A stretch of DNA of 64,000 nt from Octopus sinensis (GCF_006345805.1 NC_043001.1:10106001-10170000), one strand, 5' to 3'. Positions 48,697 through 62,520 are shown, counted from the first letter of the stretch. A program made the numbers and translations. The notes: generated by a model from the sequence alone, not told the origin.

Positions 48697-50570
48697 AAAG
48701 AGACGACCTCTCATCTCCTGGCACAAAGCCACCTCCCTCAATAGTATGCCTCCCCACTCTCAGTTGCAAGTTTCATGGTGACCTCACTGGTGCTGGTGCA
48801 GGGTAAAAAAAAAACACCTAATTCACTGTAAAGTGGTTGGTGTTAAGGTCATTCTACCAGAGAAACCATCCCAAAGCTCCTGTGAAACTCTCCAACCCAT
48901 GCCAGCATGGAAAACGGATGTTAAATGGTGATGGTATGGAGATATTTGTACCTGTAAAGAGCTCTGTTTATAGAGTATAATTTACAAGTCCTGTTATTTA
49001 GTCCAGAAGCATTTTGCTGCACATAAACAAGAAATGAAGAGTAAATGAATGACATAATTTCAAAACTTAGATCATTGTTTTGTAAACGAAACTCCTTCAG
49101 TGTACAAGGACATGTTAATTGGAATACACCATTGGAATCACATCAAGGATTGCTTCAAATCCTTGGGTTAATTGAAATTAATCGTTTTCGGGTACTTTTA
49201 ATTATATGACAGACTTGAAGCTTGAAGAGTTCATCGTTAGATTGATTATGCATGATAATTTGAGGCTTCATGAGTTGAAATTGTCAAGATAACTCAATAA
49301 AGAAAGTAACTTGTTATTCAATACAGGAGTATTAAACAGCTGTGTTCCACTCTCTTCCGTAGAATACTAATGGGTGAAGCCAAAACTTTGCTTGTTTAGT
49401 TTAGTTATAAACCTATTATCAAATTCTGTCTCACCATTGCAGTTGTGTTAATGTTTGGTTCCATCTTATATATAAACCTAACAAAGATATAACTGATTTG
49501 ACTCTAAACATATGTGAACAACATAGTCAATTCTCATTGTGTTATTGGAAGAGTAGCATTGTACATTACAGCTAAGCTGGTATGAAGTGAAAAAAAAAAA
49601 ACCTTAGTTCATTAACTAAAAAATAATTTCTAAGGACTTAAAGATTACATGTTATTCTTCATCAGATATGAGAATGGCATATTTTTTACCTGCTGATCCA
49701 CAAACCAGTTTAATTTTCATAGGTTAAAAAAAACAAACCAAAAAAAAAACTTGTTTGGTATTGTAGTTTAGCTTCAGGACAGCCCTATTTAATTATATTG
49801 TAAGACATTGAAGCTGTGACTTCCCAGCTTTTAGTAGAAGTAGATAATCTAAATTGACCTTTCCCTAAGATTATGCATTGTGATTTGAGGGCAACATAAC
49901 TGCTATTGTAGCAAGATGAGTGACCATAATGTGGTTTGTTTTATTGGTTCATGTGGTTATTGTGCTGCCATCGATGGTGAATCAGATTAGTCTATAGCAC
50001 AAGGTAATAACTGGTATCCCTTGGTTAGTTTAGAGTAAAATTTAGAATTTGAGGTAACTTGTAAGGATCTTCATCAATAACAAATTATCAGAGGGGCAGT
50101 TTGTAGAAAAAATTTATTAGTTTTATGAGTGGGGAGTGTAGAATCTTACATTGAAGACCCTTGTTGTTTGAGAGTAAAGAAGTGTTTGGGCACTTTGGTC
50201 ACAAACTTGCAAATGAAGATGGAGGACAAGGAGAAAATGCTGAAAAAGGGGTTTTCAGAAAGTGGGAAATGTGGTGCAAAGCTACATCAGAAAGAAGAAT
50301 TCCTAAAGACAATTCTATAGTAAAAATGGTTGAATATGGTTTAGTAGTATGGAGCACATGTATTACATATAGCTTCCTTGACAGACAAGCATTTATGTGT
50401 GTCAGTGTGTGCATATACACACTCGCATTCATAAAAACAAGCTTAAGAATACAAAATACAGTCTCAGTCAAGTCTTATTCACTAGTAAAAGTAAGGTTTT
50501 AATGATGCATTTGATAATGTAGATTCAATGTTATACTTCTCAATACTTGATATGGTATTCTTTTGTCTAA

Positions 50571-50815
50571 GGCGGAGAGCTGGCAGACACGTTAGCACGC
50601 CGGGGGAAATGCATAGCCATATTTCGTCTGCCATTATATTCTGAGTTCAAATTCTGCCAAGGTCGACTTTGCCTTTCATCCTTTCGGGGTTGATTAAATA
50701 AGTACCAGTTATGCACTGGGGTTGATATAATCAAATTAATCTGTTTGTCTGTCCTTGCTTGTCCCCTCTGTGTTTAGCCCCTTGTGGGTAGTAAAGAAAT
50801 AGGTATTTCGTCTGT
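50571..50815 (+). mobile_element. SINE-C (tRNA-derived)
   Basis: ggcggagagctggcagacacgttagcacgccggg...ctgagttcaaattctgcc (B box)...gtaaagaaataggtatttcg. Confidence 0.88.
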
Positions 50816-50879
50816 CTCCAGTTAAATGCTTGCAAAAGTCTTATTTTCTATGCCCAGACTTAATACCTTCTCTTTTAAA

Positions 50880-51340
50880 TCCAAAAGTAATAAAAGCCTT
50901 ATATAAGCTATAATCTTTTTCGTATGATGCCATTTTCCATAGGGTTCAGCTCAGGAGATGATTGTTGCCTTTTAACCACTAAATTAAAACCACTAGCTCT
51001 TAGCCTCTGGGAGCATTTTGTAGAATTGCATGGTGCACTATTCTTTAGGAAAAGAGTGAAACCATGTGTGTAGATTACTTCAGGATATCCAGGTAGATTC
51101 TTGAACTTATGATCATACTCTAAAGCATCAAAATACAGCCACTTCTCTTTCCTGAAATAATCCACTTCTCACAGTTAAATGAATGGGTGTTGCTTAACTC
51201 TTGCAAGTGTACAGTATTGATTGGAGCTTCAGTTTGGTGGGAGAAAGTTGCATTATATGCAAATTGTTTAATGAATCTTCCATCAGTAAACAGACCTCCA
51301 TCGTCCAATTTTTAACGATCCCTTCAAAATTGCAGAATAT
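50880..51340 (-). pseudogene. Tc1-type transposase DDE fragment
   Basis: ORF 50908-51165 contains FLKNSAPCNSTK (cf. FQQDNAPCH) and QSSPELNPMEN (cf. SPDLNPIEN). Confidence 0.75.
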
Positions 51341-52104
51341 TCTAGATGTATATATATGTATTGAGTGATATTCTGTTTTTTTTTGGTTTTTTTCTTACCG
51401 GATGTCTTTTCAATTAGATTAAAGTCTTTCTCCAATTGATCTTCTCTTAGTTGAGCATTTAACTGTAACTAGCAATGGTGTTTCTATAGCACAACTAAAT
51501 GCAGCACAAAGCTAACATGGATACAACACAGAAAGGAAATAATGCGATCACTTTGAAGATTTGTGGTGACATGAGAGTCTGTCTGGTCTGTCAATTGATT
51601 TATATTCACCTAGATGACATAATTGAGACTGAAGTTTGTGGGTAGCATCATACGATACAATTATCTTATTATGGACGTATTTGAACTAGTATCCTTATCT
51701 TGGTTGTTATAGCTACTGTCTTGTGGCCAAATGCAGTAATGTTCTTGGAATTTAGAACCAAGCTGTTTATTTAATTCTTTGGAATAAATTGTTCTCATTT
51801 CGTTGTCCATTCCAAGGATATTCTCCTTATTCTACAACATGTGTGATGTGACTAGTTTGCTTTGCTCTCCAACCAGTGTGTATCTGGCTTGGCTGACTCA
51901 CCGATTCACATCATACCCACTAGCTAACTAATCTATTATACTTAACAAAACACCTTTATATTCTCTACACCATGCAATGGGAATAGTAAATGTAAGCTTC
52001 AGTTATTCTAGACAATGGGGAAGTGACGAATATTGTAGTAATTTCGTTAGCTAGTAGGTATGAGGTCAATCCCTGCATCAGTCAAGTTATAAATACTATT
52101 TGAA

Positions 52105-52303
52105 GTACATCATTTACCTTATTTACATTTGACGGATATTTGTCCCCATCTTGTTTGTTGTTAACACAACCTTTTGGCTGATATACCCTCCAGCCTTCAT
52201 CAGGTGTTTTGGGCAAATTTCGAAGATGAGGACAAATATCTGTCAAATGTAAATAAGGTAAATAATGTACATAATTCCCCATCTCTTAAATACAGAACTG
52301 TAC
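52105..52303. mobile_element. Family D, internally deleted foldback (no tRNA head)
   Basis: The left arm (52105-52221, hammerhead 52163-52208 on the minus strand) is joined directly to an inverted tail (52222-52303). Confidence 0.8.
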
Positions 52304-52329
52304 TAGTTGAAGTGTAGCAAACTAGATGC

Positions 52330-52760
52330 CTCACAAGTAGTAGGATGCATAATATAAATATCCCTGGATGGACAATGAAATGGAAACCATCAATCTTTGT
52401 AGATTCCAAATGGGTTTGATTCCAAATTTCAGTAATATTACTAGTTACAAGAGGTACCTTGAAGAAGGCAGGATTGTTTAGCAAATGTTATGAGTTTAGC
52501 AATAATGATACCATAGCTGAAGTGTGCTTAGATGTAGAAGTGCATAGGATCTGGGAGTTTTCATTATGTTGTTGCTTGTTGTTTTAGGAGTCTCTTTGGT
52601 TACTAGCAGGCATGGCCATCCTCTTGGGCCAGTAGAGAGTCAAGGAAATGATAGTTGGAGGGTGGGAGAATTGCATCAGCAGTTGGCTGATACTAATTTT
52701 CAGGTGACTAGACTGCAGTAGCATAAAATGCTTCACTCAAGACACAACTTGCTTCTTTGT
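52330..52760 (-). mobile_element. LINE AP-endonuclease remnant
   Basis: ITEIWNQTHLESTKIDGFHFI resembles the ITETW...IPGY motif. Confidence 0.4.
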
Positions 52761-53010
52761 CCAGAAATGAAATCTGCAGTCTTACAATCATCAACCCTGA
52801 GTACGTGATCACTTGTTTTCTTTGTCTTAACATAACAATTTATGATATAATAGTGCCTCTTCTCAGCTATTTAGACATTTAGCTAAGTGGATAGCTTTTC
52901 AAAAACATCTATGCGTTGCCTCATGAAGCAACGATTTGAGTCTGTTTTAAATGATAGTTCTGTAGATTTATGATCCCTTTTATCTTGAAGGACAGAATAT
53001 TTTGTCGTTC

Positions 53011-53409
53011 ATATATCCAGCCCACTCAAAAGTACCTTGGATTGAGGAGACCTATTGAGTCAAGTACCTCAATATCATAATCAAATCAAGTGGAAATTGT
53101 AGTTGTGACCCCGTGCCAGTAGCACGTAAAAAGCACAATCCAAACGTGGCCGATGCCAGTGCCACTTTGACTGGCTTCTGTGCTGGTGGCATGTAAAAAG
53201 CATCATCCGGTCGTGGTCGATGCCAGCTCCTCTGGCCCCTGTGAATGTGGTACGTAAAAAGCCCCCACTACACTCTTGGGGTGGCTGGCATTATTAGGAA
53301 GGGCATCCAACTGTAGAAACACTGCCAATCAGATTGGGGCCTAGTTGAACCGTCCAACCCATGAAGCATGGAAAATGGACGTTAAATGATGATTATGATG
53401 ATGATGATA
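53011..53409 (+). mobile_element. SINE-B, long copy
   Basis: Subrepeats plus (GAT)n tail. Confidence 0.82.
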
Positions 53410-54369
53410 TAACTTGATCCATCTTGACTGAGGGAGTTAAAGGAAAAAAACATTGGAAGAATGGTGAGGTGGAGGGAGAGGAAAACAGAAGAGCTTTTCA
53501 GGTCAAAGATAGAACAATTTTCCTTGTGTCTGTGGGTCTTGTTTGAGAGCGAGAGATTGTTAGTGTTAGGTTTAGTTAGAACACCTCAACAATAGTTCTA
53601 ACCAGAATAAATTGAAATTATAGTTCAGCTATCTACTTAATTTGTCCACAACCTACTTCAAATGCTTTGCAGATAACATTCTTTGTGATAACCCTGTATT
53701 ATATTTTGAAGATTGCTTTCAAAACTTACACTACTGGATGTATATTTTCATGTTCAAAGTGAAACTGTTGCTAGTTTTTTGACTGTGTAGCATTTTTAAC
53801 GCATACTTTGTTGAGTAAGAAAAATAAAAATTGTTTGTATTTTGGTGTAAGAAAACATGATTGTTGAAAAATATCTATCAATAGAAATATATGGATAGAT
53901 ATTTGTTTTACTAATTTTCTTATTCATAAAGTAATTTTTCTTCCTTGAAGACATTCAAAAAATTTAATATAAATTCTAAGAAATCAGTCTTTGAAATATT
54001 ATTAAATTATATACATGGACGTAAATACAATGTAAAATAAATAAGAGCATGTGAGAATGTAGAAGCAGGCAAAAGTCTGGCAGCTTATTTATTTTATAAA
54101 GATGTAGTTGCAAGTTTCTGCTGCATTACCAGGTGAACTTTCATGTTCCAGCAGTGAATGCAGCGCTGCCTTTCGTGGGTGTAGAATTGAGTTAGTTTCT
54201 ACTCGATACGTTTGCTTTTGTTTTGGGTGTTATGGAACTCCTTCATATGTAATATGGTTTTATTTTATTGTGCTTCACAAGTGCTGTTATGTTCTATTCT
54301 TGAATGTTGGTTGTGTTGTGTAGGTTGTTATTTTATTATGATTGTATTTGTATGTCTGTTGTGTGAATT

Positions 54370-54742
54370 CATCATCATCATCATCGTTTAACGTCTGCTT
54401 TCCATGCTAGCATAGGTTGGACGGTTTGACTGAGGGCTGGCGAACCAGATGGCTGCACCAGGCTCCAATCTTGATCTGGCAGAGTTTCTACAGCTGGATG
54501 CCCTTCCTAACGCTAACCACTCCGAGAGTGTAGTTGGTACTTTTTACATGCCACCGGCACGGGTCCAGTCAGGTGGTACTGGCATGACCTCGCTCAAATC
54601 TTTTTACACATGCCACCAGCACAGGTGCTAGTCGGGCGATGCTGGTAACGATCACGCTCAAATGGTGCCTTTTACATGCCACCGGCACAGAAGCCAGTTA
54701 GCCGCTGTGGCAACGATCATGCTCGTATGGTGCTCTTAGCAC
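54370..54742 (-). mobile_element. SINE-B
   Basis: Consensus match. Confidence 0.88.
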
Positions 54743-55600
54743 CAGGAAGGAGAATTCTGTGTATACACTACATATCAGTTATCCCTTGCTGTAGAATTTA
54801 TTCTTATTTTTTAAATTTTGTTTTAGTGTTTCTTCTATATAGTGTATGGGGTTTGTTTAGTGTCACTTTGCTTGTTTGAATCGTTTACTTTGTTTTTCCT
54901 CCTTTTTGAAAATCTGTAGACACTTATGAAAATAATTAGAGAAATGTGCCACTGTATTTGATTTAGTGTCTAATACATGCTGCTGCAGTCTTCAATTATA
55001 TGTCAGATCATTACAGTTAAACAATCTAAAGCAGTGTGCAGTTATTTTTAGATGGGTTAATATTTATGACGTCCATTCGAATATGAATCGAATATTGTTG
55101 TAATAAATCAATGGTACGTTAGTAAAGATCTTCAGATCATGCTATTCTCAATGACTATTATTGATGCTCCTCATTTGATCCATAGCTAGGAGATTATCAT
55201 GTTTGAAATTTCTTGGAAAATTGAAACATCACTAAGACAAAGTTTTGCTCAAGTAGGATAATCTACCCTAAATTTAAACATATGTTTCCAAATGTACTCA
55301 CACATATTATCACATTCCTATTTGAAGAGAATTGCAGATTAGCAGATTTAATTGATTTCAGTTATTCTTTATAGGGCTCTCATTCTCAGCCAGAGTTAAA
55401 AGAGAGCTCTATGGTAAAACTCTATGAAGTTTTTGTTGCTGATAATATTGTCTCTGAGAATACATTTGTTCTCAGACTGGATGATATAGTTGGTATTTTA
55501 TTCTCAAAAACATTTGAATAAAATTACTTGAGGCCAGCTTCATGCTAGCGTGGAAGGTGGATATTAAACGATGATGATGATAATGAATATATATATATAT

Positions 55601-55890
55601 GGCAGATGCCAGCGCCACCTTGGCTGGCTTCCATGCCAGTGGCACGTTAAAAGCACCAACCGATCATGGCCGATGCCAGACCCCACTGGCACCTGTGCAG
55701 TGGCACGTAAAAAGCACCCACTACACTCGCGGAGTGGTTGGCGTTAGGACGGGCATCCAGCTGTAGAAACACTGCCAGATCAGACTGGAGCCTGGTGCAG
55801 CCCCTGGCTTCCCAGACCCCGGTCGAACCGTCCAACCCGTGCTAGCACAGAAAACGGACGTTAAACGATGATGATGATGATGATGATGAT
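55601..55890 (+). mobile_element. SINE-B, young
   Basis: Consensus match with (GAT)n tail; very similar to 60290-60610. Confidence 0.9.
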
Positions 55891-56064
55891 ACATAGGTTG
55901 TGTATATCAGGATCAGTTTATGAATGTGAAATTGATGAGGGTAAAACAATTTGCAGATAATTTAAAATAAAATACATCTGTACTTGTGTATACAGAAATA
56001 CACAGATTCATAATCTGTGTAGTTGCTCACTCAGGTTACTGAAAACACTACAACAGGTGACTTC

Positions 56065-56145
56065 ATGGGCACATAATCTACTACAAGCCATAATGGGCAC
56101 ATAATCTTCTACAAGCCATAATGGGCACATAATATACTACAAGCC
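56065..56145. repeat. 28-bp tandem repeat, about 2.9 copies
   Basis: atgggcacataatctactacaagccata starts at 56065, 56093 and 56121. Confidence 0.9.
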
Positions 56146-56197
56146 TCACCTACTTCAAATATTGAACCACAAATTTTGTACTCTTTCCACATTCACA

Positions 56198-56422
56198 TAC
56201 TCTTTTACTTGTTTCAGTCATTTGACTGTAGCCATGCTGGAGCGCCACCTTTTGTCGAGCAAATCGCCCCCAGGACTTAATCTTTGTAAGCCTAGTACTT
56301 ATTCTATCAGTCTCTTTTGCTGAACTGCTAAGTTACGGGGACGTAAACACACCAGCATCGGTTTTCAAGTGATGTTGGGGGGACAAACACAGACATACAA
56401 ATACACATACACACATATATAC
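56198..56422 (-). mobile_element. SINE-A, 3' module only
   Basis: Tail module up to the internal (CA)/(TA) repeat. Confidence 0.85.
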
Positions 56423-57771
56423 GCATTGTAGAAAATGAAGGAGTTTATTTTATATGAAAGAAAATGTTTATCTTAATCCTGAAGAATAAAGGAAGTATTA
56501 TTTATAGGATGACCAAATATATGCATGAACACCCTCCCTGTACATAACTCCATGTCCTCCTACATGGCCTTGCTTTTGCTTTTTGAACCAAAAAATTAAC
56601 GTAACTTAACTTAACTTATATCATCATTTTTCTGTTTTCTTTCCCAAACTTGCTTGGATTCGATACAAGAACTTTTCAAACAATGGCATCTAAACCACTC
56701 CTCTCAAATTTACTGACCTTCTGCCTAAATTAGAAACAGTTATGTAAATATACTCATAACGTATGCATGCTTATGTATATACACTCACACTTATTCCCAA
56801 GATATTAACTCCACAAGTTCCAAATTTTTCAGAAATTGGAATAAATCTCTAGTTTCTATATGTAAGAGTAAATGTTGTGCTAAATGTACAAGAAATATAT
56901 TCTGTTCAGATATCTTTGGTGTATGATCACAGTAGTATCCTAATGTCATTTGTTTGGTTAATTTAGTGTGGTGCGAACTATGAGAAGGCTTCATTAGGTT
57001 ATTGCGTGACACCATTGAGGTTGTTTATACTTAATACACTACTGAATACAAAAGAGGAGTCAGACCTCATTGATTGTATCTTTATTGTCATGATTGAGAA
57101 AAATATCATTGGCTGCTAAAGACATGGTCAGCTTATAAATTAGCTTATGATTGCCAAGGACTGCTATCAGCACAATTTAAATACTGTTTTTTTTTTTGTT
57201 TATTATTGGAATTCTGCTAATGTCCTTTCAAAGTGTAGAGAAATAAGGAAAATAAGAAAAAAATGTAGGTTTGGAATTTTTTCCTGTAGATTTCAAGGAT
57301 GTAATATTTTATGGAAGTACTTACAGAAATGACAGTGACATCAGAAGCAATTGTTTTTACCACCATATATCATAGAATACATTATGAAATTCATTACATA
57401 CAAATTGTTTTTTGTGAATACAATTTGATATCATGAAGTTACTTAATTTCAGTCTGAAGTTATCTTTTGTTTGGAGCAGTTTGTAAATGTATCTATCTGG
57501 ACAATACGTTGTAATACACATTTCAGCGCTATTATGATAAGGTCGTCTGATAGTTTTTTTTGTTTATTTTATGTTTTATACTCAAAGTTGTCATTGTGCT
57601 AAACTGCATATTTGGTTAATTAGTTGAATTTTTACATGCAATGTCCTTCCTGATAATCAGCTAATACAGTAGACAAATTGTAATTTTTTCAGACTGTGCA
57701 CTCTGTCTTTTGCAAGAATAAAGGTTTTATTTGTTGTTAACCATTTTAAAATAATAATAATGAAATTATTG

Positions 57772-58161
57772 AATGTGATCGCTGCCAGAGCAGCTGACTG
57801 GCTTCTGTGCTGGTGGCACATAAAAGGCACCATTTGAGCACGATCATTACCAGCTTCGCCTTACTGGCACTTGTGCCAGTAACACATGAAAAACATTTGA
57901 GCGAGGTCATTGCCAGTGCCTCTGGACTGGCTACTGTGCAAGTGGCATGTAAAAAACACCATTTGAGTGTGGCCATTGCCAGTCCCGCTTGACTGGCCCT
58001 CGTGCCAGTGGCACATAAAGGCACCCACTACACTCTCAGAGTAGTTGGCATTAGGAAGGGCATTCAGCTGTAGAAACTCTGCCAAATCAGATTGGAGCCT
58101 GGTGCAGCCATCTGGTTCGCCAGTCCTCAGTCAAATTGTCCAAACAATGATGATGATGATG
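57772..58161 (+). mobile_element. SINE-B, tail-to-tail with a CR1-like 3' end
   Basis: The (GAT)n tail abuts the CR1-like fragment at 58165. Confidence 0.85.
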
Positions 58162-58164
58162 AGT

Positions 58165-58372
58165 GCTCAGGTGTACTACAACTCATCAAAGGTGCATGTA
58201 CAGTATATAGAATTATGTACAAAAGTCAGGAAAGTGAACAGTGTATGAGTCACGATAGACATGTGTGCGTGGATACGGAGGTGGTGATATCAGGTGTAGT
58301 GTTGGCAAATTTCAAGAAGCATGGAGTTTTTAAAGGATGCGATTTTGATTGCTACTCTTGTAGAAAGGTATT
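58165..58372 (-). mobile_element. CR1-like LINE 3' end fragment
   Basis: Homologous to 3960-4140. Confidence 0.7.
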
Positions 58373-58415
58373 TTTCATTGCAGCCTGCTGAGCCACCTCC
58401 TCATAAGATTAATTA

Positions 58416-58812
58416 TACTCTTTTACTTGTTTCAGTCATTTGACTGCGGCCATGCTGGAGCACTGCCTTTAATCGAGCAACTCGACCCCGGGACTTATTC
58501 TTTGTAAGCCCAGTACTTATTCTATCGGTCTCTTTTTGCCGAACCGCTAAGTGACAGGGACATAAATACACCAGCATTGGTTGTCAAGCAATGCTAGGGG
58601 GGACAAACATACACGCACACACACATATATACATATATATACATATATACAATGGGCTTCTTCCAGTTTCCGTGTACCAAATCCATTCACAAGGCTCTGG
58701 TCAGCCCGGGGCTATAGCAGAAGACACTTGCCCTAGATGCCACGCAGTGGGACTGAACGCGGAACCATGTGGTTGGTTAGCAAGCTACTTACTACACAGC
58801 CACTCCTGCACC
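58416..58812 (-). mobile_element. SINE-A, full length
   Basis: Consensus match. Confidence 0.92.
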
Positions 58813-59787
58813 TATAGTTTTATTTCAAATAATGCATTATGCTTTATATGTTAATTTCATAAATTTAAATAAGCTTTATTTTTAATATTTTCAAAATAAA
58901 AACAAGGTATGAACAAATTTTAAGTTCTTTTTGAAAAAAATGTAAACTTACGTTGGTTCTTTCATTTAAAAAGACAGTTGTATTTTTAAAATAACCAACC
59001 ACATCAATCTTTCTCACGCACACACACACATGCACGTGTGTGTGTGTATATAATGATATCCTTATTGGAAATACTTTATCCTTTATGTATTTTGTTTAAT
59101 ATTATTGTTGGAGTTTCTTTTTACTGTTATATTTTTATTCATACTTCATCAGTTTTTTTTTTTTATTTTTATTTTTTTTTTTTTTTTCTGACCTATGGAG
59201 ATATACTTGAACTTGTCAATACAGTTTTTAATGTTACTTTTAGTGATAAGTATTTACCTGACTACAAATTTTTACTGAAGTAATTTGCTTCTGGAGATTT
59301 ATTTAAATTTTATTCAAGATTACAACTAAGAAATGAAACAAATTAATAATTTATGTACTCTTCATATTCCTACCATTTTGTAGTTCATAGCAATCTCTTT
59401 TCAGCATACCCACACTTAGAGATTTTCACCACGTATAAGAAATTTTACTTCATTTTTATTCCCAGTTCACATATTTTCTTGCCACTTTTCATATTACTGA
59501 TATCAATTTATCAGAGGTTTTGTTGCTGATATTGTACCCTAGAGATTTATGTGAATCTTTCTTAAATGCTTGCTTATATAATTCAGGCAACTTGTTTTAA
59601 ATAGCTGGTGATGTAGCTGCAGTGGATATTTTGTTATTTTAATATAGCATCGTTTATGCGCACAACACACACATGCACACACACACACACACACACACAC
59701 GGAGCTGATCTTGTAGCAAAATTATGCATTTGACCTTTTACTGAATTCACCTCTGTATTTCTTGAATTAAAATATTTAGTTCAGATA

Positions 59788-59928
59788 GGTGCAGTAGCTT
59801 GTTTACCAGTCACATGGTTCCATGTTCAGTCCCACTGCATGGCACCTTGAACAAGTGTCTTGTACTATAGCATCAGGTCGACCAAAGCCTTGTGAATGGA
59901 TTTGGTAGATGGAAACTGAAAGAAGCCT

Positions 59929-59983
<55 letters not shown>

Positions 59984-60176
59984 ATGATTGTGTGTCTGTG
60001 TTTGTCTCCCCAACATCACTTGACAGCTATGTGTTTATGTCCCCGTCACTTAGCGATTTGGGAAGAGAGACCGATAGAATAAGTACTAGGCTTACAAAGC
60101 ATAAGTCCTGGGGTTAGTTTGCTTGTGTAAAGGCAGTGCTCCAGCATAGCCACAGTGAAATTACTGAAATAAAAGA
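59788..60176 (+). mobile_element. SINE-A
   Basis: Consensus match with internal (TA)n. Confidence 0.88.
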
Positions 60177-60219
60177 ATAAATAGATATGCAGTATATTGA
60201 TAAATTATTTATTGAAATA

Positions 60220-60610
60220 GGAGACCTGTTGAGTCAAGTGCATGTACACGAACATCGAAACAAATATCAATGAAAATAGTAGTCGTGATACCTGTGTCGG
60301 TGGCACATAAAAAGCACCATCCGAACGTGGCCAATGCCAGCGCCACCTTGGCTGGCTTCCGTGCCGGTGGCACGTTAAAAGCACCAGCCGATCGTGGCCA
60401 ATGCCAGACCCTCCCTGGCACCTGTGCAGGTGGCACGTAAAAAGCACCCACTACACTCGCGGAGTGGTTGGCATTAGGAAGGGCATCCAGCTGTAGAAAC
60501 ACTGCCAGATCAGACTGGAGCCTGGTGCAGCCCTGGCTTCCCAGACTCCGGTCGAACCGTCCAACCCATGCTAGCGCAGAAAACGGACGTTAAACGATGA
60601 TGATGATGAT
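60220..60610 (+). mobile_element. SINE-B
   Basis: Consensus match. Confidence 0.9.
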
Positions 60611-60920
60611 AATATTTAACTGAAAAGTTGAATAATAATGGAATGTTAATGATTATATTTTTCATTATATGAAGATTAGAATTTCTGGAATGACTTTTTA
60701 AACAAGATTTATGAAATTAAACACTATAAAGCTTATGTTTGAGGAGCGGAAATAGCAAAATGCACCATGGATTGTTGCAATTATACTAATATTTGCTACA
60801 TTTATTGGAATCATTACCTTAGCATTGGGTAGTTCTTCTACCTGGTCAGCTCCTTTGAACCGTTCTACCCAGTCATGCATGGAAGATGGTTGTTAAACAA
60901 TGATGATAATTTACCAATAT

Positions 60921-61282
60921 TCTTTTACTCTTTTATTTGTTTCAGTCATTTGACTGTGACCATGCTGGAGCAGTGCCTTTAGTGAAACAAATCGACCCCA
61001 GGACTTATACTTTGTAAGCCTAGTACTTATTGTATCGGTCTCTTTTGCCGAACCACTAAGTTACGGGAACATAATCACACCAGCATTGGTTGTCAAACGA
61101 TGGGGGGGGGGTAGATACACACACATCATGCTTCTTTCAGTTTCCATGTACCAAATCCACTCACTTTGGGTGGCCCGAGGCTATAGTAGAAGACACTTGC
61201 CAAAGGTACCACACAGTGGGACTGAACCCAGAACCATGCAGTTTGTAAACAAGCTACTTACCACACAGCCATTCCTGCACCT
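60921..61282 (-). mobile_element. SINE-A, internal microsatellite short
   Basis: Consensus match. Confidence 0.88.
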
Positions 61283-61377
61283 ATAGTATACTTTTTGGCT
61301 TGTATTAATAAATTTGTTTATATATCACAGTTTCTTTTATAAAATGAAGCATCATTGCACTTTTTTGAACAGCTGGG

Positions 61378-61720
61378 TTCGTGTCCGTTTGCCAGCTCTG
61401 TCTGGCCCCGTGTCGGTGGCACGTAAAAGCACCATCCGTTCGTGTCCGTTGCCAGCATCGCCTGGCCCCGTGCCGGTGACACGTAAAAGCACCATCCATT
61501 CGTGGCCGTTTGCCAGCTCTGTCTGGCACCTGTGCAGGTGGCACGTAAAAAACACCCACTACACTCGCGGAGTGGTTGGCGTTAGGAAGGGCATCCAGAT
61601 GTAGAAACACTGCCAGATCTGACTGGGCCTGACGAAGCCTTCCAGCTTCACAGACCCCAGTTGACCCGTCCAACCCATGCTAGCATGGAAAGCGGACGCT
61701 AAATGATGATGATGATGATG
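61378..61720 (+). mobile_element. SINE-B with three ~58-bp subrepeats
   Basis: cacgtaaaagcaccatcc units plus (GAT)n tail. Confidence 0.9.
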
Positions 61721-61987
61721 GGTCAACACCAGTTCATGACACAACTAATGACAGTCTATGATTTGTAGCTTGACTGACTTTGAAATGCAGCAGATTCTCT
61801 TCAAAATTTACATCCCTTAGCAATATTCAGTGAAGCAGTGAAATAAATCCTCAAGATTATACCGATAAAACCCTCTTAACATAATTTATGCGAATTAATT
61901 TTCTTCATAATTGATTTCTGGTTTTTGCATGGACAGAAAAGTTAAACAGAAGTAAAATAAGGAATGTAAAAAATACATATTAGCTAA

Positions 61988-62136
61988 TACTCTTTTACTT
62001 GTTTCAGTCATTTGACTGCGGCCATGCTGGAGCACTGCCTTTAGTCGAGCAACTCGACCCCAGGACTTATTTTATTTGTAAGCCCAGTACTTATTCTATC
62101 GGTCTCTTTTTGCCGAACTGCTAAGTGACGGGGACA
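61988..62136 (-). mobile_element. SINE-A 3' module, abutting a mariner remnant
   Basis: Consensus match; ends abruptly at 62136. Confidence 0.85.
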
Positions 62137-62520
62137 TATCCTCCTGTGATAACTCATGGATGGTGATTCAGCAATTCCCCCTCACAGCTGCATGTACATC
62201 TGCGATGTTTTTCTCAGTTCTGCTGGTTGCGGGTCTCCCAGAATGTTCGTCAATATCAACATTTTTTGGGGCATCTTGGAAACATCAGAACCGCTCATAC
62301 ACTCCTCTGTAGCTTTGTGTAGGCCTCTGAGCATGACAAATTTCTCTGTCATGGTCAATGCAACAATCACATGCTACACACCTTCCTTCCGAGCATTGCT
62401 GTAAACAGTGGAAATGAGTTAGAATGTTAAAACTTAGTGCGCATGCACAGCTGAGTTCAAGGTCAATTTTTGCCAACTGGCTTCACCCTGCAAGCTTTAG
62501 AGTTGTTACTATGGCAACAG
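62137..62520 (-). pseudogene. mariner transposase N-terminal (HTH) fragment
   Basis: GVYERF*CFQDAPKNVDIDEHSGRPATSRTEKNIADVHAAVRGNC*ITIHELSQE resembles the mariner D-E-x-R-S-G-R-P-S-T helix-turn-helix region. Confidence 0.8.

Noticed and set aside
52588-52703. Plus-strand 116-nt open exon with good splice sites
   Set aside because: It lies antisense within a probable LINE endonuclease remnant. It shows how easily pseudo-exons arise in this window.
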